From: Candidatus Marinamargulisbacteria bacterium | GTDB taxonomy: Bacteria > Margulisbacteria > Marinamargulisbacteria > UBA817 | Reading direction: 5' to 3' | Length of the DNA stretch: 64,000 nucleotides | Assembly (NCBI GenBank): GCA_049889215.1 | Contig: JBMHDV010000004.1 | Span: 30,828 to 94,827 of the forward strand | Shown: in pieces, positions 10,301 to 19,011 of the stretch | Layout: each line of letters opens with the position of its first letter | Numbering within the stretch: the first letter of the stretch is position 1 | Translations under genes and position numbers: made by a program | The notes under the pieces: generated by a model | Told to the model about the DNA's origin: nothing | The model's input: the letters and a program-made list of their open reading frames with translations, nothing else | Database searches by the model: none

Positions 10301-13089
10301 TGGAAAATTCGCTCTCTACTAGCACCCGGGTCTCTTACAAATAAATCATATTGCGCATTTGCTGTTACATTAATACCTACATTTGAATCTTTTGAAATTG
10401 ATACATTTGGGGTTACAAAATTACCTGATGTATAAATTTTAATTGGGGTTGGTTTCGTTGAATTGAATACAAGTCCCGAACGCTGCTGACCCAAATTATA
10501 AAAACCAAGCCCATAACCATCTGAAACATGAACAGACCCGTTTTTGATATCAATATTTGAACGAAGCCACCTTGAACTTAACCCAAACATGGTCTCACCA
10601 GTATAGCTACGCTGCACCCGAGCAAATAGTTGATCTTGTTGTTTAAAAAGAATATCTTTGCCCCAAGGGCCGGACTGAATTGTAAGGTTTCCATTATTCA
10701 ATTGTTCGATCATTACCGCTCGATCCTCCGCCTGGTCACCATAACAAATCCGGGAAGAATAATCATAAATACTACATGACCGAAAAAATTCATTCTTCAA
10801 ATAGATACCAGCTTGTGATTCATCCCCAAAGGTCATCAAGGATTTAGATCCTAACCGTCCACCAACATAGAATGGCAACTCTGGGGATACCCCATCTCCC
10901 ATAACAAGAATATTTTGGGAGCTCATTTTTAAAACGTCTACTTTATTTCCCATCGCATCATCCAATGAAATCAAAAACTGATTATTAACAACTTCCATAC
11001 CACCACCGACAGATTGAGATTGAAGAAATGAGCCGTTTTGATAAACCCCTTGAAAATGAATACCAGGCGGATCAACTGAAATCGATAGTTTCTTTTCATC
11101 GGCCGTGGCAAGATCAGATAAATACGCCGCTGTTTGGTGATTATCATCAACAAATACTGACAATGTATTATCGGGCAACGAATAACCGCTCAAGGTTTCA
11201 GGAACATTAATGAGCATATTATTTGAAGTGATGACTAATCGCTTTGACAACGCCACATTCATTAATCGGGAAGAGTGAGCCTCTTCATCAAATTGATCCA
11301 CAAAACTTGGCACCCACGCATCCCCATTCCATTTAAGGACCTGACCAATAATTACATTTTCTGATGCCATATGAAATGTTTTTGTTTGATCATCAAGTGC
11401 CAATGCACCCGTGGCATTATACGTTGTATTAGTATCCACCATTTGAAGTGTTTGCCACTGACCGTCTTTATATACTTCAAACGTGTCGTCAAAATAACGA
11501 ATCGTCCCTGAACTTGCAACAGCTTCACCACTTAAATGAATACTCCCGCTAACATTTAAAGATTCAATTAAGGAAGAGCGGTCAATTCCCATCTTTCCAT
11601 CAAATACCAAATGATTGGGTAAACTAGGAATTAACATTTGCCAGACACTCTCAGGGCTTTTTATATTTTTTATTAAAGATGCATCACCAATAAAGCCATC
11701 CGCAACAACCGACCCGCCAATCGCAAATTGGTTTCCACTTGGAACCGCATTTAAACCAACCCCATTATCTGCTTGAATTTGGATACTTCCTGAAACAGCT
11801 GATTGTGAATATTGATCTGTTAATCCAAAAACAACTGCATTAGCGTGCGATTCATCAACACGTACTTTTTGACCAAAAGCTATCGAGCCAGGGGCATTCA
11901 ATTCATGATTATTTCCACCCAACACCATGGCTCCATCACCGCGAACTACATTTTGAAACCCAGATACTATCGAGCCTTGACCATATGATTTATTATCAAA
12001 ACCGCCCAAAACCAGTGCATCTTGACTCGCTTGGTTTTGCATTCCACCAAGGATTACTGAATTTGAGGTTATGATTAAATTTTTCTGACCACCAGAAATA
12101 ATCGAATCCGGGCCCAAGATTTCATTTTCTGAACCGCCACCAATAATGGATGAATCTGCAACAACTCGATTATAGTAACCACCTGTAATAATAGAATATT
12201 TGCCTGACGCAACCCCAGAAAACCCCATCGAAATTGAATGATCACCACTAACATCATCATCCCAATAATTGGACGCCGTATAACCTATTCGAAGAATATC
12301 ACGATCACCATGCCACATCCATCGAGAGCCAGCTCCTGAGAATATATTAGATGTCGCCATTGAATTAGCTTGTAATAATAACGAACCATACGTTGTTAAA
12401 TGTGCATGTGGCGTACCAATTGTTGTTGGAGCGCCAATGAGGACGCGGCCAGTTGCATTAACCGTAACAATATTAAATTGCCCATTTTCAGATGATAACG
12501 AGTTATAATTATCTTCACCTTGATATCTTAAGTTAAATAACCTAGACCCATCACCAATAAATACACCTGTTGCATTTGCAGTTCCAACAATATCAAGCAT
12601 GGATTCCGGAGTTGCTTTTCCAACACCAAAACGCTGATTTGAATAATCAATCGAAAATTTATTAGAATCAATAAATCGGTTCGTACGCAACGCATTTGAT
12701 GACTTTACAACGTAGGGTATTGAGGCCAAAGGTAGTTCAGTAACCAATTCTTCATCAAATTGAATACGAATGTATATCGTATTACCTAGCTCAAAAAATG
12801 GAATTAATTCATCAGAAACATCCAAATTTGTTTGAAAATAATTATTTGTAACATCGATCTCTTTTTGAATTGATACAGTTGGAACCATTTGTGATTTTTC
12901 ATACAAAATAATCTCAGAAATAAACCGATTATTGATTTGTCGAAATGGGGATGGGGTCAAGATGCCATCCAATGAAATTTGAGTTGGCGCAGTCGCTTCA
13001 GTTGAATATGTAACCGCAGCCGACCCATCCAATGAGAATATGGTGCAATTAATAAAAATAAGTAGAAAAGCTGATTTTATAAGGTTCAT
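7366..13089 (-). CDS. Giant fibre-like secreted protein, paralogue A (1907 aa) with a tail-collar-like, HxH-rich C-terminal tip
   Basis: Signal peptide MNLIKSAFLLIFINCTIFSLDGSAA. Motifs include RFGVGKATPESMLDIVGTANATGVFIGDGSRLFNL, RIGINTNFPTTLLEVVG and KVGINTDPIDNFDVNVKG. A repeat block lies at aa 283-411, followed by GTIRYFDDTFEVYKDGQWQTLQMVDTNT. The C-terminal collar-like motif is PTGVIILWNSSGTIPAGWAECNG..CPNMDGRYV and the protein ends ..RVVRYIIKV. Its stop overlaps the start of paralogue B (ATGA). Confidence 0.9.
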   Translation of the reverse strand: MNLIKSAFLLIFINCTIFSLDGSAAVTYSTEATAPTQISLDGILTPSPFRQINNRFISEIILYEKSQMVPTVSIQKEIDVTNNYFQTNLDVSDELIPFFELGNTIYIRIQFDEELVTELPLASIPYVVKSSNALRTNRFIDSNKFSIDYSNQRFGVGKATPESMLDIVGTANATGVFIGDGSRLFNLRYQGEDNYNSLSSENGQFNIVTVNATGRVLIGAPTTIGTPHAHLTTYGSLLLQANSMATSNIFSGAGSRWMWHGDRDILRIGYTASNYWDDDVSGDHSISMGFSGVASGKYSIITGGYYNRVVADSSIIGGGSENEILGPDSIISGGQKNLIITSNSVILGGMQNQASQDALVLGGFDNKSYGQGSIVSGFQNVVRGDGAMVLGGNNHELNAPGSIAFGQKVRVDESHANAVVFGLTDQYSQSAVSGSIQIQADNGVGLNAVPSGNQFAIGGSVVADGFIGDASLIKNIKSPESVWQMLIPSLPNHLVFDGKMGIDRSSLIESLNVSGSIHLSGEAVASSGTIRYFDDTFEVYKDGQWQTLQMVDTNTTYNATGALALDDQTKTFHMASENVIIGQVLKWNGDAWVPSFVDQFDEEAHSSRLMNVALSKRLVITSNNMLINVPETLSGYSLPDNTLSVFVDDNHQTAAYLSDLATADEKKLSISVDPPGIHFQGVYQNGSFLQSQSVGGGMEVVNNQFLISLDDAMGNKVDVLKMSSQNILVMGDGVSPELPFYVGGRLGSKSLMTFGDESQAGIYLKNEFFRSCSIYDYSSRICYGDQAEDRAVMIEQLNNGNLTIQSGPWGKDILFKQQDQLFARVQRSYTGETMFGLSSRWLRSNIDIKNGSVHVSDGYGLGFYNLGQQRSGLVFNSTKPTPIKIYTSGNFVTPNVSISKDSNVGINVTANAQYDLFVRDPGASRERIFQLDAAKNSVNGLEFLVDENNDNSFDSDGETFAMTLSVDDDLDLTRNNASVLKIQQNNMIGFLDDSPSVNLSIKAPVTLLNQSGLYFKEVDGQTSYPAMVMDANELVIDSSNTIDVMTAEENVALEVGKNGVAVNKRQTISQILNQAIGFDVGGSMIVDGDIYNSLDDKIFPLDVKNDVGDNSLRMVKRIKINDASGLEFSGQNTAESPLKIAAKPYYNRIKLPDGTVFTATGNTPLRLVGKGITVSANNIVDRSVDGALTFDQIELINDLISGGEISSDLTIKGDFVVTEKIKGDASGLRGIPFRWEQVTRNSVDIPDPDDAPTDYYDEGEIYYKSGRIGINTNFPTTLLEVVGTSSINEAIASEGITVSNLVGSENIYLRSSHGLGFNSRKSSVLFGRHGDSLTDPSFERLLEIKNDSQFLLGAQSSSYLVDIGQSNPFDKTSVLFDGATGSSITLGRDQSLNIFRVLYDDTGTRTPVSFVNPNLQLQSSSDLLLYVNQNKQALKFNDQGQLGIFSSKIKNTLDVSGNVSIGFKEKVHSNSLAVNRNVGVGLDATTLPIYDLEVSGSVIVGERYSEEIPKGVFINGDGSYRLFVGTSNVIQDERVIANGDLSIKNGRLTLRNGMDDSLLIERNNPSNKHDVIEQLEADIGFKFNSYNGFSWNAFRDGSWQPNLILSPDAWLGVGGQPQVPFHVMDSDRDVQLEIKSGTSALVHLKHGSDQAIIGTASKGLSIKVGSSSFTNAELIIKNNKVGINTDPIDNFDVNVKGNLHADSYLISDRLNSSGFHEFQSVPTGVIILWNSSGTIPAGWAECNGSNGCPNMDGRYVKSVNASYNVKDGQNNFVSGGVKDQRMSDTYHSHTSVGHSHTVDDGKHKHTIDFASGGVSSKTTASSTAYASSKVGDTEEYTVLKPGITHNHSFNDNHSHDNITFEGGGHGSLHGSSETTNHSHTSAEEHGHDFDNRPKSRVVRYIIKVAES
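11857..12243 (-). repeat. Coding repeat block: ~9 units of the same 14-15-aa repeat in paralogue A
   Basis: YSIITGGYYNRVVADS / SIIGGGSENEILGPD / SIISGGQKNLIITSN / SVILGGMQNQASQDA / LVLGGFDNKSYGQG / SIVSGFQNVVRGDG / AMVLGGNNHELNAPG / SIAFGQKVRV. Confidence 0.7.
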
Positions 13090-13167
13090 GAATTCACCAT
13101 TATGTTATTCCCGTTTTTTCACATCTTTAAACATAATTTAAGTTCATTTTTGACGATTGATCTGGCT

Positions 13168-13202
13168 AAAAAAAAAAGGGGTATTTTACTAAATAAAACC
13201 AC
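13168..13202 (-). terminator. Possible weak intrinsic terminator between the 409-aa gene and the giant-gene operon
   Basis: The minus strand reads GTGGTTTTATTTAGTAAAATACCCC followed by T10. The stem is imperfect and AU-rich, but the U-tract is long. Confidence 0.3.
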
Positions 13203-13293
13203 TTTTAATTAATAGCCGAACATCGTCTTTAACGATTTCTTCGAAAGTTATAAAATCAAAGAATAATTTAACTTAAAACATTATCTGAGGAAA

Positions 13294-14523
13294 TTAAGCC
13301 AAAAAATCTATTAATTTATGACATTTCTCATCGACAGATCGCAGCCTTAAATCAAATTTTTGATGAATATTCGCCAATTTTTTTCGGTAATTTCCATGCG
13401 CCTGTAAACACATGTGTCTTTTTAATGTTAAATAAAGGTCTTCAGACGACGAAACAATCGGAAAAATATCATTAAAATCATCAAAATTCGAATAAATACC
13501 ATCGTCGTATAATTCGAAAATAATGCTTGGTACTCGTGCATATAAAAGATCCGTCAATAAGGATGATTTACATAAAGTAATTGCTAAATCAGCTTGTTGA
13601 ATAGTAGATTCTAAATCCTCAGAAATAATAAATTCGTCAATTGAATATGTTTTTGCCAATCCGTAGTAAAATCCTCGTGTTTGATAGGCATTTTGTTCCA
13701 ATTTTGGATGATTTTTTAATATTATTCTTAACGGTTTTATTTTTGACAAATCACTCAAAAGCAAAAATAATTGATCAAAAAATGTCATTAATTTAAACTC
13801 ATTTTGAAAAATATTTTCAAATCTCCCCATACCTAACCAAGTATTAAAAATCGCGATGGTAAACATATTATTATCTCGTTTAACACAATCATTTGGCACA
13901 ATCATATTATCTAATGGTAAGCCGGTTTCAATAATTTGTGTTTGAGATTGATTAAGTTGATTACATTGATAACGCCAATGTCGAGAAGTGAGTTGGTTTT
14001 CCGAAATAATATAATCAGGAAATTTGAGCTCTGATGACGGAATCATTGTATTCGTACCCAGAATATTAACAGGAAAAAAATTCGGCGCATGTTCCAAAAA
14101 TATGGATTTCACATTCATTTCACGTGCCAAATCAATCAAATACATTTCTGATGTACAAATAAAAAGATAGTCAACATCATGGTTAACTAGCATCTCTTTA
14201 ACCAAGTGATAACGTGCAATCATCTCTAAAAAACAATCATTCAAAAAATCATGCATGGTATCATCAATTTCCCTATCAACAAAGTGCTTTAAATATGACT
14301 CTACATAGGTAAAATAGTCATCTCTTTCCGAATTATAAATAGAAAAAAGGTCATGTTTTGAGTATGGTTTTTGCTTATAAAAACAAATGTTTTTTTTACA
14401 CGAAAAATGTCTTGAATCAATATTTGTAACAAAATTAAAATGATGTATAAAATGTCTTGTTAGTGATTGAAAACGGTTGAAAATAAAACCAGAATTTCTG
14501 GGTGAGTACATTATCGTTTTCAT
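13294..14523 (-). CDS. Hypothetical protein, possibly a GT-B-fold glycosyl/glycerophosphotransferase-like enzyme (TagF/capsule-type layout)
   Basis: 409-aa ORF with a 4-nt ATGA overlap with the upstream gene. The C-terminal half has the order seen in TagF-like enzymes: FTIAIFNTW.. / LRIILKNHPKL / ADLAITLCKSSLLTDLLYARVPSIIFELYDDGIY. This rests on motif order only, with no confident family call. Confidence 0.35.
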   Translation of the reverse strand: MKTIMYSPRNSGFIFNRFQSLTRHFIHHFNFVTNIDSRHFSCKKNICFYKQKPYSKHDLFSIYNSERDDYFTYVESYLKHFVDREIDDTMHDFLNDCFLEMIARYHLVKEMLVNHDVDYLFICTSEMYLIDLAREMNVKSIFLEHAPNFFPVNILGTNTMIPSSELKFPDYIISENQLTSRHWRYQCNQLNQSQTQIIETGLPLDNMIVPNDCVKRDNNMFTIAIFNTWLGMGRFENIFQNEFKLMTFFDQLFLLLSDLSKIKPLRIILKNHPKLEQNAYQTRGFYYGLAKTYSIDEFIISEDLESTIQQADLAITLCKSSLLTDLLYARVPSIIFELYDDGIYSNFDDFNDIFPIVSSSEDLYLTLKRHMCLQAHGNYRKKLANIHQKFDLRLRSVDEKCHKLIDFLA

Positions 14524-15188
14524 CTAAAGTTTCCACCAACCATTAATTGAACTAAAAAATCGTTGTAACTCATCAACAACTTGGGAATCAATGGTGATAT
14601 TGATGTTGTAAATGACCAAGATGCAGTATTAATTGTTGGAAATGTATATTTAGAAGACTCTAAAAATGATTCAATCATCGCCGAGTTAAATGAAAAAGAA
14701 TTGAAACAACAGGGGCATGGCCCATAAAAATCTACCAATAATGTTACATCCGTACTTATTTCAAATTCATGGTCACAATGGTCACATTGACCTTTAAAAA
14801 TATAGGATGTCATCGGGAAAATAGAAACATAAATACTCTCAATACGAAATGGTTTAACCACCTTTTCATGTGCCTTAAACGCACCGTAAAATTCCTTAAC
14901 CACCGCCAATGAACTTGAGTGTGGAAAATGATAGCCCAACTCACAAATTAAAAACTGGCCCATCGAATTTAATTTTGTTGGCTTCATTTTTTGGATGTAA
15001 GTTAAAAAAAAGGTCAAACTCTCATTATATTGATAGCGAGAAAATTGGATAAACGCAAAGTCAAGTAACATTGGAATACGTTTTTCATTTGAAAGCTTAA
15101 AGAAATAATCAGTAGCGGCACTATAATTTCCAGCCAATCGATAAGCCTCAACCGGATTCGTTTTTCCCATATCAATTAATCTTAGCAC
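14520..15188 (-). CDS. Hypothetical protein with a helical N-terminal half and a Cys/His zinc-ribbon-like motif
   Basis: 222-aa ORF with a GTG start (ATG alternative at MGKTNP). It carries CDHCDH-x19-CPCC (GQCDHCDHEFEISTDVTLLVDFYGPCPCCFNSF). No recognisable family. Confidence 0.5.
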   Translation of the reverse strand: MLRLIDMGKTNPVEAYRLAGNYSAATDYFFKLSNEKRIPMLLDFAFIQFSRYQYNESLTFFLTYIQKMKPTKLNSMGQFLICELGYHFPHSSSLAVVKEFYGAFKAHEKVVKPFRIESIYVSIFPMTSYIFKGQCDHCDHEFEISTDVTLLVDFYGPCPCCFNSFSFNSAMIESFLESSKYTFPTINTASWSFTTSISPLIPKLLMSYNDFLVQLMVGGNFR

Positions 15189-15263
15189 AGTTCTTTATTA
15201 GAATGTGACACTTACCTACACAATACGGCTTGCCATAATTCGGTCATAAATAAACAAACAATT

Positions 15264-18014
15264 CTAGAATTCACACGTAGCACCAGCGGGTGAAATAACT
15301 GCTCGAGAATTATTTCCTGTACAAAAACATAATGCGATCACATTCGTTCCATTTAACATTTCATTTTTTGTATATAAAGATCCTGCACTATCTGCATCAC
15401 ATGGGTCAGAGTTACTAGGGTTTAATTTTAAAACATCATTAAGTTCTACTGTTGCATTAAAAGTTACAGCGTTGTTTTGAATAGCATTTAACTGTACATC
15501 CGACAGTTCAGACCCATTCCCAAAAAACTTTGTCGCATTCACGTTACCATTAACATCCAGCTTAAATGCGGTTGCAGGATCTTTGCCAATACCGACATTT
15601 CCATTCGCCCGAATGGATAGTAATTGAGATGAAGAATCATCTTTTTCTCGCACAAAATCAATGATTTTAGTATCACTAATAGCAACGTTATGAAATGTTA
15701 AATTAAAATGATTCGATGATGTCATTGTTGTATATCGGTTACTAGCTGTAGTGTCTTCCAAACGTAATTGTGGAATATTAGAGTTAGATTCACCAATATG
15801 TAACGATGCCTGTATATTTGAAGTAACAGCCCCAATTCCAACCAATCCATCATTATTTAAAACCAATTGCCTCGCGGGCGTACCATCTGAAGGTGTCATA
15901 TACCAAACTGGCACATCCGTTAATTGACTACCATCACCAACAAATGCATTGGCAGTAATGGTTGCTGACGCCTCAATCTCGGCCACATTAAGCTTTCCAG
16001 TAATTTGAGCACTTCCCTCGACGTCCAATTTATCATCAGGGTTCTCCACCCCTACACCAACATTTGAATGAATATAAAATTCACCATTATCATTAGCCGT
16101 CATCTCAGCTACCGTGTTCGCTTTGTACTTAAATAACATTGAAGAGTTTGAATTATTTTGAATTAGCGCTTTATTTTGATCATTAAAGCCAATTAAAAGC
16201 GCGGATGGATCCACTGCATTGGATTGAATTTTAATAATCGCGGGATGATCAACGGTCTGTTTGATAAACAAGGATGAGTCTTTGGGATCCGCATCATTAT
16301 TTCCACCAATACCAACCCGTTTATTTTCAACATATACTGATTGATTGGTACTATCACCTTGCCATAAACTTGAAATATTAGTGATAAATCGGCCGTCCCC
16401 AACCAAATAATTAAACTCAAGCTGCCCAGAATCAGTAATTTTAGCAGCCACAATATCGCCTGCGGACCATATTGTATGATCCTCAACTTGTGGTGCATTT
16501 TCAGGTGGAAATTTTCGATTTTCTTCATCGTCTTTAATAAATCTAGGCACATTCATATTGACGTCATTAAGACCAACCATCACCCCATTTTTAGCACGAA
16601 TTAAAAACTGATTGGCTTTATTATTTCTAAATTCATCTGTAGACGACGTATCGGCAAAAATAAACACCCCATCTGTCGAGGAATTTGAATTACCAACCCG
16701 TGAGTTCTGACCTAATACATAACTATATTGGCCATAAATTTCATGACCATTTCCGCCAAGAATTGCTGAGTAATTTGAACCGGCATGAATAACATTATTT
16801 TTACCACCTAAAATTGATGCATGATCTGATGTTGCTAATATTTGATTATTTTGACCAGCACCAATAAAGACATAATCTGACCGTGTTTCATTATTATTTC
16901 CACCGGCAATCACCGTTCCACCATTCACAGCAGTATTCACATTGTTACTTTTTCCTGATAAAACACCAGACTCTTTTACAGCGACTGTATTTTCTAAACC
17001 GCCTGCAACCACAGAATACGGTCGTGACACAGTATTATCACCACCTGCGGCACTACCATAATCGCCTGAAACTTCATTCCCTTTTCCAAAAGCAACAGAA
17101 TAGTTACCACTATTTTCAGAGCTCCATTTACTACTACTCGATTCACCAGCACGAAAAAAACCTTTTTGAGAATTCCAAATCAGTTGTTTTTCACTATTGT
17201 AGGTCCCTGTTGACGCCAATGATGTACCAACTAATTCAATATTACTATTCCCTTTAATTGCAGCATGATCCACTTTTAAATTACCAGATACGTGCAATGG
17301 CTCTTGTATATTTGCAGTAACATCAATATTAACGCCAACATTACCAACAGTGGTTACAAATACAACATCACGCGTCGGAGCATTATTGTCTGTTCGAGAT
17401 GGCGCATCATAAGGAGATAACGAATAGTCATCCAAATTAACCAATTTCAAATAATCCAATTGGTGTACATTATAGCCATCTGGACTATGAAGTTCACCCG
17501 TTGCATTTACAGAAGTTATATTTGCTGATCCCACCACCTGAAAAGGAACAGTTAAGTTTTGAGTAATGCCAATACCTACGCGGTGATTAACGGTATTTAC
17601 TTTCATCCATGATTCCGTATATTCCAATTCTCTAGCATAATCTGAATACTTAGCAACAACAGCACCTGGGACACTAATTAAGGGAACCGTAACGGTATCA
17701 TCAATTTCCTGGAAACTTAAATTTAAAAATACATCGTCACCTTTAAATAAATGATAATTTAATGGCCGCTTTTGCCCTAAAACCTCAGACACCTTACCTT
17801 GGGTGATATAAATTGTATGAGACTCATTCCAAATGGCCTCATTTAATGGTTGATCTCGTGATGTCAATAACGAAAAAGTAACAGTGTAATTTCCTTCCAT
17901 TACCCCAGTTTCAGTATTGCCCAAAAGGAATTGCACATTCACATTTCCAGTGACAGCATGCACGTGAATACTACCTAATATAAAGATACTTAGTAAAATA
18001 CGAATTAGTTTCAT
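15264..18014 (-). CDS. Fibre-like secreted protein, paralogue C (916 aa) with a Cys-rich C-terminal tip instead of a collar
   Basis: Signal peptide MKLIRILLSIFILGSIHVHA. Motifs include RVGIGITQNLTVPFQVVG, NVGVGVENPDDKLDVEGSAQITG, AFVGDGSQLTDV and FFGNGSELSDV. The repeat block reads SVAFGKGNEVSGDYGSAAGGDNTV..ILGGKNNVIHAGSNYSAILGGNGHEIY. The protein ends ..DPCDADSAGSLYTKNEMLNGTNVIALCFCTGNNSRAVISPAGATCEF. Confidence 0.88.
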   Translation of the reverse strand: MKLIRILLSIFILGSIHVHAVTGNVNVQFLLGNTETGVMEGNYTVTFSLLTSRDQPLNEAIWNESHTIYITQGKVSEVLGQKRPLNYHLFKGDDVFLNLSFQEIDDTVTVPLISVPGAVVAKYSDYARELEYTESWMKVNTVNHRVGIGITQNLTVPFQVVGSANITSVNATGELHSPDGYNVHQLDYLKLVNLDDYSLSPYDAPSRTDNNAPTRDVVFVTTVGNVGVNIDVTANIQEPLHVSGNLKVDHAAIKGNSNIELVGTSLASTGTYNSEKQLIWNSQKGFFRAGESSSSKWSSENSGNYSVAFGKGNEVSGDYGSAAGGDNTVSRPYSVVAGGLENTVAVKESGVLSGKSNNVNTAVNGGTVIAGGNNNETRSDYVFIGAGQNNQILATSDHASILGGKNNVIHAGSNYSAILGGNGHEIYGQYSYVLGQNSRVGNSNSSTDGVFIFADTSSTDEFRNNKANQFLIRAKNGVMVGLNDVNMNVPRFIKDDEENRKFPPENAPQVEDHTIWSAGDIVAAKITDSGQLEFNYLVGDGRFITNISSLWQGDSTNQSVYVENKRVGIGGNNDADPKDSSLFIKQTVDHPAIIKIQSNAVDPSALLIGFNDQNKALIQNNSNSSMLFKYKANTVAEMTANDNGEFYIHSNVGVGVENPDDKLDVEGSAQITGKLNVAEIEASATITANAFVGDGSQLTDVPVWYMTPSDGTPARQLVLNNDGLVGIGAVTSNIQASLHIGESNSNIPQLRLEDTTASNRYTTMTSSNHFNLTFHNVAISDTKIIDFVREKDDSSSQLLSIRANGNVGIGKDPATAFKLDVNGNVNATKFFGNGSELSDVQLNAIQNNAVTFNATVELNDVLKLNPSNSDPCDADSAGSLYTKNEMLNGTNVIALCFCTGNNSRAVISPAGATCEF

Positions 18015-18078
18015 GAAATTATCCTATTCAATAAGGTATTCCCATAATGAACTGAACTTAAACATCTATTTTTATTAA

Positions 18079-19011
18079 TTAAATTGGTTTAAGAAGTGAC
18101 ATGCATTGATGATAAACAGATTCCGCCATAGGAACTTCAATATCACACGCTTTTGCATACGCAATAAAATTACCTAAAATGGCATCCAATTCGATGGGTT
18201 GGTTTGACTCATAATCTAAACACATACTGGTTTTATAAGGTGCCATATTTCGTGTATTTAATATCATTTTTTCACGAAACTGTTCAGAGATTCGAACTCC
18301 AGCAATATTAGCAACGTTGATGACTTCATCCATTATCATAACCACTTGATGAAACGAATCTGAAGAATTCAATAATTGATCTGTTGATACGCCACCATGC
18401 AATACAGATAATGGGTTAAACGGTGCATTCCAGACTAGTTTTTTCCAAATTGCTAAATCAATATTTGATTCGATAGACACATCAATCTCACTTTTTTCAA
18501 AGACATTTAATGCTTGTTGCGCTAACAATGCATCCTCACCCGTTTGCTTAATTCCAATTGTTAATGGCCCATAATCAATATGTTCAATGTACTGATAATC
18601 ATGTCGATAACAACAAATAAAAGCAAGTGCCCTTAATATTGGTTGCCGAATCATTTTCATTAGTTGATCTTCAATAAAAATACCATTTTGAATTAAAACA
18701 ACCACCGTTTGTTTAGAAAGATACGGAGAGATGAGTTCTGGCAAATTAATTTCCGGATGCACTTTAGTTGCCACAAGCAGCATATCCAATTCATATGACA
18801 ACCCTTCGCCCAATGGATGAACGACATCGGGTGTCCATTCATGTCCTCCCAATACAGAGTCAATTTTAATTGTTGGGTTAGTGTATGCATCAACTGAACG
18901 GGTAAAAAGTGTAAAATGACGATCTCGATCACTCAGTAATGACGTATAATAGACACCAACAGCCCCAGCCCCAATTAATCCAACTCTAAACGTTGATCCC
19001 ATTGATATCAA
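18079..19011 (-). CDS. panE: 2-dehydropantoate 2-reductase family protein (ApbA/PanE)
   Basis: N-terminal Rossmann motif VGLIGAGAVGVYY. The C-terminal domain motif is KTSMCLDYESNQPIELDAILGNFI, as in ketopantoate reductases. 4-nt overlap with the upstream gene. Confidence 0.75.
   Translation of the reverse strand: MISMGSTFRVGLIGAGAVGVYYTSLLSDRDRHFTLFTRSVDAYTNPTIKIDSVLGGHEWTPDVVHPLGEGLSYELDMLLVATKVHPEINLPELISPYLSKQTVVVLIQNGIFIEDQLMKMIRQPILRALAFICCYRHDYQYIEHIDYGPLTIGIKQTGEDALLAQQALNVFEKSEIDVSIESNIDLAIWKKLVWNAPFNPLSVLHGGVSTDQLLNSSDSFHQVVMIMDEVINVANIAGVRISEQFREKMILNTRNMAPYKTSMCLDYESNQPIELDAILGNFIAYAKACDIEVPMAESVYHQCMSLLKPI

Noticed and set aside
13090-13293. Promoter for the giant-gene operon in the 204-bp spacer
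   Set aside because: Several AT-rich hexamer pairs can be forced (for example TTTAAA-18-TAACAT), but none is convincing or sensibly placed relative to the ATG. No call is made.
1-18014. Interpreting the collar/tail-fibre-like genes as a prophage tail-fibre module
   Set aside because: No capsid, terminase, portal, sheath/tube, baseplate, lysis or integrase genes and no att-like repeats are visible. All four proteins have Sec signal peptides, and their sizes (up to 1907 aa) and tandem paralogy fit cellular surface proteins better.
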